Virus record (IMG/VR): IMGVR_UViG_3300035109_000050
Span: 1-50,644 of that record
Reading direction: 5' to 3' (one strand)
DNA: 50,644 bases
From: a virus
Lineage: Duplodnaviria > Caudoviricetes
Shown here: one piece after another, positions 45,005 to 50,644 of the stretch
Layout of the letters: the number at the start of each line of letters is the position of its first letter
How positions within the stretch are numbered: position 1 is the first letter of the stretch
Program-made: the position numbers and the translations under genes
Notes under the pieces: generated by a model
Database searches by the model: none
What the model saw: only the letters and a program-made list of their open reading frames with translations
Told to the model about the DNA's origin: nothing

Positions 45005-45688
45005 ATGGAAAAGACTATAAATCCGGTCGTCGCGGAGATCGAGCGCAGGGCTCGCGCGCAAGGCTTCACGCTAACGTCGCTGGCCAAGGAAGCCGGCCTT
45101 GCCGACACGACCCTGACAAAAAAGAAATTCGATACCGGCAACCCGAGCATGACGACGCTGACCAAGGTGGCGGCGGTGCTTGGATGCAAGCCGACTGATT
45201 TCATGGTCACGGACGAGCCACCAGCGCAAAAACTGATGGGCGAAGTCCGGGTCGCGCGCGTCAGCCGGCGCGCGCCGCCATCCCGCAAAAACCTCCCCGT
45301 GCGCGGCACGGCGTCCGGCGCTCTGGCCAACGGCTTCGAAATCTCGCCGCATATCATCGAATATGTGGATCGGCCGCCGGGGCTGGAAGGCGTCGACGAC
45401 GCCTACGCGATCTACGTGGTCGGCGAATCGATGTGCCCAGAGCATAAGCCGGGCGAACTCCGCTTCGTGCATCCGCACCGAAGGTATAGAGCTGACGACA
45501 CGATCATTCTGCAAACACGGGCATATCCAACCGCAGGCATCGAGGCGTATATTAAAAACTTCGTCCGCGAGACGCCGGATGAAGTGACGGTCAGGCAACT
45601 AAACCCGGCTGCGGTGATAAAATACAAGAAAGGCACGATTTTCGCGATACATAGAGTATTGACGGTAAACGAGCTTTTCGGTGTCTAA
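45005..45688 (+). CDS. cI: CI-type repressor (HTH + S24 peptidase)
   Basis: XRE HTH (LAKEAGL..TTL, NPSMTTL.KVA.VLG); YAIYVVGESM.P, catalytic Lys in YIK, QLNP. Confidence 0.92.
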   Translation: MEKTINPVVAEIERRARAQGFTLTSLAKEAGLADTTLTKKKFDTGNPSMTTLTKVAAVLGCKPTDFMVTDEPPAQKLMGEVRVARVSRRAPPSRKNLPVRGTASGALANGFEISPHIIEYVDRPPGLEGVDDAYAIYVVGESMCPEHKPGELRFVHPHRRYRADDTIILQTRAYPTAGIEAYIKNFVRETPDEVTVRQLNPAAVIKYKKGTIFAIHRVLTVNELFGV

Positions 45689-45714
45689 TGACGCCGGGGC
45701 CTCAGCTAAAAACC

Positions 45715-46410
45715 CTATTTCGGCGGCTGAAGGACGCCAATACCATCTTCTGCGCTTATCGTCGTTAAGTGGCCCAAGAGGCTCCCGACTTCCATTTGCG
45801 AATAACCATCATAAGTGAAACGAATTAAAAACCTGCAGCGCTTCGACAAAGAGCCTTGCAGCGTATCGCAATTCTTTTCGACATAATCGCGCGCAGGCTG
45901 CGGGCCGACGAAACTGAAATCAATTCTCGAACCAGATGCCGGGATACAGCGATATTCGCGCGCGTCGGCATAAAAGCAGTTCGCGCTCGTCTGGATGATT
46001 TTACCGTCCCATTTATGGGTCTGCACCGCCAGGTCGACCGGATCGAGGACCTTAACCCGATCAGGCGTCGCCTTTTTGATTTTCGCCACGGTCTCGCCCA
46101 GCGCGACGTCGCTTTTTTCTTTTCCTTCCGCCCCGCCTGCATCGCCAGCCATGGCGCATATTATGGCCGTTGCGCGTAAGTTCATGGCCTGCCTCTCCTT
46201 GGAAGCCGCCGCCACGTCGAGACATCCTAAAAGGAATTGTCCCGTGAGTATCGGGTGATCCGGACGGAGCATATCCGCCATATAGAATGCAAATTTTGAT
46301 CTGACGGCGGGAGGGCTCCCCGCATATTCCGCGAGCGTCTCCTTGTCCGCGTCGAGAGCGCTGGCGGGGGCCGAGGCGCACATAAGAATCATAATTAAAA
46401 TTCGCCTCAT
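45715..46410 (-). CDS. Exported protein in the immunity region (moron)
   Basis: Signal peptide MRRILIMILMCASAPASA; several Cys; lower GC; GAGG RBS; convergent with cI. Confidence 0.7.
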   Translation of the reverse strand: MRRILIMILMCASAPASALDADKETLAEYAGSPPAVRSKFAFYMADMLRPDHPILTGQFLLGCLDVAAASKERQAMNLRATAIICAMAGDAGGAEGKEKSDVALGETVAKIKKATPDRVKVLDPVDLAVQTHKWDGKIIQTSANCFYADAREYRCIPASGSRIDFSFVGPQPARDYVEKNCDTLQGSLSKRCRFLIRFTYDGYSQMEVGSLLGHLTTISAEDGIGVLQPPK

Positions 46411-46487
46411 GCTCGCCTCTTGCTTGATTCGCGAAAGCGCCTTCCCTCACGTCGAATAGTCTAGCTCCGCCGCGCCGAACCCGCAAA

Positions 46488-46538
46488 ACGGCTTAAAATA
46501 CGCTTTCTGATTGACAGCGTATTTTTATACGCTATCCT
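46488..46538 (+). promoter_or_regulatory. OL/PL: promoter with operator in the spacer
   Basis: TTGACA (46511-46516), GCGTATTTTTATACGC (46517-46532), TATCCT (46533-46538); degenerate site at 46488-46503. Confidence 0.8.
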
Positions 46539-46569
46539 TCCCCTCGTCACCCACCCGACGAGGCCCGTC

Positions 46570-46776
46570 ATGCAAAGAATCTTCCCCACCGAGGCGCTGC
46601 TGATTTCCGGCATGGCGCGGCTGCTCGAGCCGTTCGATTGCTGCGACCTTCCCTGTTTCGCGCGCGGCGTGCTCCGGCGCGCCGGCCTCGCCCCCGCCGA
46701 TATCGACAGCTTCCTGGCCACCGCGATGTCCTGGGCCCGCCAGGCGCGCGACGCCCGCGCCAAGCGGAGGGGCTGA
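46570..46776 (+). CDS. Hypothetical protein, first gene after PL
   Basis: GAGG RBS; start of the operon. Confidence 0.55.
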   Translation: MQRIFPTEALLISGMARLLEPFDCCDLPCFARGVLRRAGLAPADIDSFLATAMSWARQARDARAKRRG

Positions 46777-46779
46777 GCG

Positions 46780-46986
46780 ATGCCGCCGCGCCCCGTCCTG
46801 CGCCGCCTCGCCGCCGTCGCGCTCGTGATGCTATGTTTCCTCGCGGCGGTCGGCCTGGCCGATTGGGCGTGGATCGAAAGCGGCTTTTTCATCGTCGCCC
46901 TTTGGCTCGGTTCCACCGCCTTCTTCGGCGCCGCCGCCGCCATCATGATCACCCGCGCCGCGCGCCGCGACCGGGAGGGGCCATGA
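46780..46986 (+). CDS. Two-TM small membrane protein
   Basis: GGAGG RBS; two hydrophobic segments. Confidence 0.6.
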   Translation: MPPRPVLRRLAAVALVMLCFLAAVGLADWAWIESGFFIVALWLGSTAFFGAAAAIMITRAARRDREGP

Positions 46987-47309
46987 GCGCCGACATCATC
47001 CCGCTGCGCCCAGCGCGACCCATCCCCACCAGCCCGCTGGGCGAGACGCCGATCGAGGCCAAGCTCGCCGAGGCCTGCTCCGACGAGATGTTCGACCGGC
47101 GCGAGCGCGCCATCGTCGACACGATGGCGCAAGGCGACCTGCGCCGCGCGATCATCCATTTTTCCGCGCTGGTCGCGATGAACATCAATCCCTTCACCGC
47201 CAAGGCGCTGGAGGCGGCGCGCGACGGGCGCCTGGCCGCGCTGCTCGACCACATCGAACAGGCGGCGCGCCGCCATTCCCGCGACATTGCCGACAAGGAC
47301 GCCCCATGA
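46983..47309 (+). CDS. Hypothetical protein
   Basis: GGAGG RBS; MSADIIPLRP start; ATGA overlaps at both ends. Confidence 0.65.
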   Translation: MSADIIPLRPARPIPTSPLGETPIEAKLAEACSDEMFDRRERAIVDTMAQGDLRRAIIHFSALVAMNINPFTAKALEAARDGRLAALLDHIEQAARRHSRDIADKDAP

Positions 47310-49711
47310 CCTTTTCCGAGATCGAAATTCCGCTCGCCAGCATCTCCGGCCGCTCGCGCCTCAACCCACGCCAGACCTCCGCGCCGGCCGAGAAAATCGA
47401 GGAGATCGCCGCGACGATTGTTGAGTGCGGGCTGATCGAGCCGCCGCTGGCGATCGCCGAGAACGGCGGCTATGCGATGCTGAACGGCGGCAACCGGCTC
47501 GACGCGCTGCGGCTTTTGCAGGATAGATCGCCGCAACATCCGATCGTCGTGCGCGTGCGACTGTTCGAGGGCGACGAGATCGCCGCGCGCGAGGCGGCGG
47601 CGGCGGTGTCGCTGACCCAGACCGCGCTGCATCCGGTCGACAAGATCGAGGCCTTTTCCGCGATGGCCGGGAACGGCCGCGCGGTCGAGGACATCGCCCG
47701 CATTTTTAACGAGACTACGATCGACGTGCGCCGTCACATCAAGCTGGCGTCGCTGTCGCCGATCGTGCGCGGATTGTGGCGGAGCGGCGAGATCACCCGC
47801 GACGTCGCCATCGCCTTCACCCACGGAACCCCCGAGGCGCAGGAGGCGTTGATCGAGACGCGCGCGGTCAAGCTCACCGACGCCTTCGCCATCGCGCGAA
47901 AACTGCGGGCCGACACGCTCGACGCGGATTGCCGCGAGGCGAAGTTTCTCGGCCAGGAGCCGGGGGCGATCGACGCCTATCGCGCCAATGGCGGCGCGAT
48001 CGAGGAAGACCTGTTCGCCGAACGGCCGGTTTTTCTGCAGGCGCCGATCGCCTATAAAACCGTCGACGCGCTGCTGCTCGCCAAGGCCGAGGCCATCGCC
48101 GAGGATGAGGGCTGGGGCCGCGCCAGTCTCGTCGATGACGGCGACTATCCGGAGGTCGAGGAAATCAAGCTCGACTACACCAAGGACGAAAAGGCGCGGA
48201 TGGCCGAAATCGCCGATGCGCGAAAAACCGAACCAGACGAGCAAAAGCGGGTCGAGCTGCGCCGCGAGGCCGAGGCGATCGACGCCAAGGCGCTGCTGCG
48301 CGCCATCCCCAAGAAAAGACGCGCCGGACTCGCCGTGGTGGTCGAGCTCGATTTTAACGGCTTCGTCACATTCACCCGCGCCGTCACGCTCAACGCGCCG
48401 CGCGACGACGAGCCCGAGCAGAGCGAACCCGCCGCCCGCCCTTCGTGCCCCGCGCCGTCCGCGCCCGCGCCGCTGCCGCCGACGGAGAAGATCGGCAAGG
48501 CGGAAAAGATCATCCGCGTCGAGGCGATCAACGCCGCGCTGCGCCAGGCCTGCGCCGAGGACGCCACGCTCGCGGCGGTGTTTCTAGTCGCGGCGCTCGG
48601 CTGCCAATGGGGCCGCGAGGGGATCGCGATCGCCAGCGAGCACGCCATTGTCGCCCAGCCCAAGAGCGAGCTGCTGCGCAAGATCAGGGGCGAGAAATTC
48701 GCGACCGCGCTGCTCAGTTGCGCGCAGGCCGCGGCGGGGCGCCTACAAGCGCCGATCACCAACGCCTTCGCGGAACTGATCGGCCGCCATATCCAGGTCG
48801 AGGACGCCAGTCCCGAAATCGCCAACCTGCTGCTGACCGTCGCCTCGCGCTTCGACGATATCGGCGAGCGCGTGGCCGATGCGTTCGACTACCCCGAATA
48901 TTTCCGCGCGGTCGGCAAGAGCGGCGCGATCGAGGCGATCCGCGAGACGGCAGGCGACGCCGAGGCCAGGACCGCCGAGAAGCTCAAACCCAAGCCGCTG
49001 GTCGCCCGCGCCGCGCAGCTCGCCGCGAACAAGGGCTGGCTGCCGCCCGACCTCGCCGCCGCCTGCGCCGCGCCCGCGCCCGCGCGCGAGCCGCCCCAAA
49101 GCACCGCCGAGGCGATGACGGCGGCGATCGACGCCGACGAGGCCGGCGAGGAGAAGGCGCTCCTCAGCGACGTGGAGCAAATGCGAATCTTCCTGCTCTC
49201 GGACGCCGTTTTGATCAGCGCCGGGGCCGCGACACCGCAGCCGGCGCTGGTCAAGGCGTTCAGAGCCTTCGCCGAAGAGCGGGGCTGGGACCGATTGACG
49301 GTCGCGGCGATCGCGCGCGCGCTGGTCGAAAACGGCGTCGAGCGCCGCATCGAAAAGGGCACGCCCACCTATTTCGCGATCAAGCTCGCCGACGCGCCGA
49401 CCGGCGGCAACGCGGTCACGACCGAAGCCCCCGACGAGAAGGAAGGCGACGGCAAGCCCGTGTTCATCAACGATGTCGACCGCGTGCGGCTGTTCATCGA
49501 GGAGGTCTGCGAGCGGGTCAAGGACGCCAGCGTCAAGGCCGAGGAGCTCGCCGCCCGCTACGACCCGTTCGGCGCGCTGCGCGGCTTCCCGCCGCTGTCA
49601 TATGACGAGTTCTTCGCGGCGATGGCGACGAACGGCTTTCCCAAGAAATATTCCTCGATCAAGGGCCTGCGGCTGAAAGCCCCGGCGCCGGCGAAAGGCA
49701 AGCAACGATGA
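47306..49711 (+). CDS. Large ParB-N-domain protein with tandem C-terminal winged-helix-like domains
   Basis: IPL..I...LNPR, IEE.AA.I...GLIEP, GGNRL.AL, LHPVD..EAF, HTH, LASLSP; two similar ~70-aa C-terminal modules. Confidence 0.8.
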   Translation: MTFSEIEIPLASISGRSRLNPRQTSAPAEKIEEIAATIVECGLIEPPLAIAENGGYAMLNGGNRLDALRLLQDRSPQHPIVVRVRLFEGDEIAAREAAAAVSLTQTALHPVDKIEAFSAMAGNGRAVEDIARIFNETTIDVRRHIKLASLSPIVRGLWRSGEITRDVAIAFTHGTPEAQEALIETRAVKLTDAFAIARKLRADTLDADCREAKFLGQEPGAIDAYRANGGAIEEDLFAERPVFLQAPIAYKTVDALLLAKAEAIAEDEGWGRASLVDDGDYPEVEEIKLDYTKDEKARMAEIADARKTEPDEQKRVELRREAEAIDAKALLRAIPKKRRAGLAVVVELDFNGFVTFTRAVTLNAPRDDEPEQSEPAARPSCPAPSAPAPLPPTEKIGKAEKIIRVEAINAALRQACAEDATLAAVFLVAALGCQWGREGIAIASEHAIVAQPKSELLRKIRGEKFATALLSCAQAAAGRLQAPITNAFAELIGRHIQVEDASPEIANLLLTVASRFDDIGERVADAFDYPEYFRAVGKSGAIEAIRETAGDAEARTAEKLKPKPLVARAAQLAANKGWLPPDLAAACAAPAPAREPPQSTAEAMTAAIDADEAGEEKALLSDVEQMRIFLLSDAVLISAGAATPQPALVKAFRAFAEERGWDRLTVAAIARALVENGVERRIEKGTPTYFAIKLADAPTGGNAVTTEAPDEKEGDGKPVFINDVDRVRLFIEEVCERVKDASVKAEELAARYDPFGALRGFPPLSYDEFFAAMATNGFPKKYSSIKGLRLKAPAPAKGKQR

Positions 49712-50178
49712 CCCTCAACCGGGCTTCACTAATCGGCAATCTTGGCCGCGATCCGGAAAGCCGAACGACATCGATCGGCGGCAAGGTCGTGACCTTCTCG
49801 ATGGCGACCAGCGAAAGCTGGCGCGACAAAAACACTGGCGAGCGTAAGGAGCGTGTTCAATGGCACAACATCGTGATCTTCAACGAGAGCCTCGGCGAGA
49901 CCGCCGTCAAATACGTCAAGAAAGGCGATCAGCTTTTCGTCTCGGGCCAGATCGAAACGCGCGAATATACCGACAAGGATTCCGTTACGCGCCGCGTAAC
50001 CGAAATCGTGTTGCGCCCCTTTAGCGGCGAATTGAAGCTGCTGCGCAACGAGCGCCGCGCCGCCCCCGGCCCCGACGACTACGGCGAAACGAGGACGCGC
50101 GAGCCGGCCACGAACGCGGGCGCGGGCGGCGGGGGCTCGCGACTCGCGGACCAGCTTGACGACGATATTCCGTTTTAG
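49708..50178 (+). CDS. ssb: Single-stranded DNA-binding protein
   Basis: LNR..LIGNLGRDPE, ATSESWRDK.TGE.KE..QWH, KKG..L.V.G.I.TR; acidic tail DDDIPF. Confidence 0.97.
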   Translation: MTLNRASLIGNLGRDPESRTTSIGGKVVTFSMATSESWRDKNTGERKERVQWHNIVIFNESLGETAVKYVKKGDQLFVSGQIETREYTDKDSVTRRVTEIVLRPFSGELKLLRNERRAAPGPDDYGETRTREPATNAGAGGGGSRLADQLDDDIPF

Positions 50179-50189
50179 GGGAGGGGACG

Positions 50190-50495
50190 ATGGCGAGGCG
50201 AAGGCGTTCGGTAACCGTCAATAAGACCGTCGATGTCGATGTCTCGGTCGACGTTGATCTCACTGATTTCGAGGACGATGAATTGCTCGAGGAAATGGAG
50301 CGCTGCGGTCTCATATCCGCGCGCCAGCGGCAGGAGCTGGACCGCATAGGTCAACTCGATTTGACGCTCGACCAATACGAATACGAGTTCGCCGTCGAAG
50401 AGATGAGGCGCGGGCGCCGCGATGAAGCGGTCATCCATCTCGAACGCTCGCTCCCATCGAAGATCTGGATGGGCGCTTTGGCGGGAGAAAATTGA
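50190..50495 (+). CDS. Acidic hypothetical protein
   Basis: GGAGG RBS; VDVDL.DF.DDELLEE..R.G motif. Confidence 0.65.
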   Translation: MARRRRSVTVNKTVDVDVSVDVDLTDFEDDELLEEMERCGLISARQRQELDRIGQLDLTLDQYEYEFAVEEMRRGRRDEAVIHLERSLPSKIWMGALAGEN

Positions 50496-50644
50496 TGACC
50501 GGCAAGAGCAAGATCCAGTGGACCGACGCCACCTGGAACCCGCTCGCCGGCTGTTCCATCGTCTCGCCCGGATGCACGAATTGCTATGCGATGCGCCAGG
50601 CCGCGCGGATCGAGCGCATGGGCGGCGCGGACCATTATGTTGGC
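50495..50644 (+). CDS. Phage gp37/gp68 (DUF5131) family protein, truncated by the window end
   Basis: KSKIQWTDATWNPLAGCSIVSPGCTNCYA; TGATG-coupled start. Confidence 0.88.
   Translation, partial: MTGKSKIQWTDATWNPLAGCSIVSPGCTNCYAMRQAARIERMGGADHYVG

Larger units (their letters stand above)
77..50644. mobile_element. Prophage (lambda-like head, Mu-like contractile tail), integrated at tRNA-Asp; right end beyond the window
   Basis: Ordered lysis, tail, head, packaging, replication and immunity modules, bounded on the left by a tRNA 3' fragment. No integrase seen in the window. Confidence 0.96.

Noticed and set aside
77-50644. Gene transfer agent, tailocin or transposable Mu-like phage
   Set aside because: Head, packaging, replication, repressor and a tRNA att site are all present, and no Mu transposase is seen.

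Overview
Nearly the whole window (77-50644) is one temperate myovirus-type prophage in a high-GC alphaproteobacterium. Host inferred as Hyphomicrobiales from Omp25-, GcrA-, CtrA- and MmgR/suhB-like elements. The left end is a 50-bp duplicated 3' half of tRNA-Asp(GTC), the att core. The integrase and the other att site are not in the window and should lie to the right. On the minus strand, right to left: cro/cII-like early genes, DNA methyltransferase, a receiver-less CtrA-like protein, primase, GcrA, helicase, a palindromic 9-mer repeat array (likely origin), a NusG-type antiterminator, a lambda-like head module, a Mu-like contractile tail/baseplate, a mosaic fibre region containing signal-peptide proteins, and an unusually large lysis/envelope cassette (amidase, lysozyme, Omp25-like barrel, papain-like protease, class 3 lipase, holin-like proteins). 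On the plus strand: cI and an early operon (ParB-like, ssb, gp37/68-like). The top finding is a ~970-nt stretch with no credible ORF between terL and gpW (31330-32301, minus strand). It can fold into perfectly nested long-range helices around an embedded tRNA-like domain, so it is a candidate giant structured phage ncRNA (GOLLD-like in size and organisation, family unconfirmed). All calls are by eye from motifs and synteny; no database searches were run.
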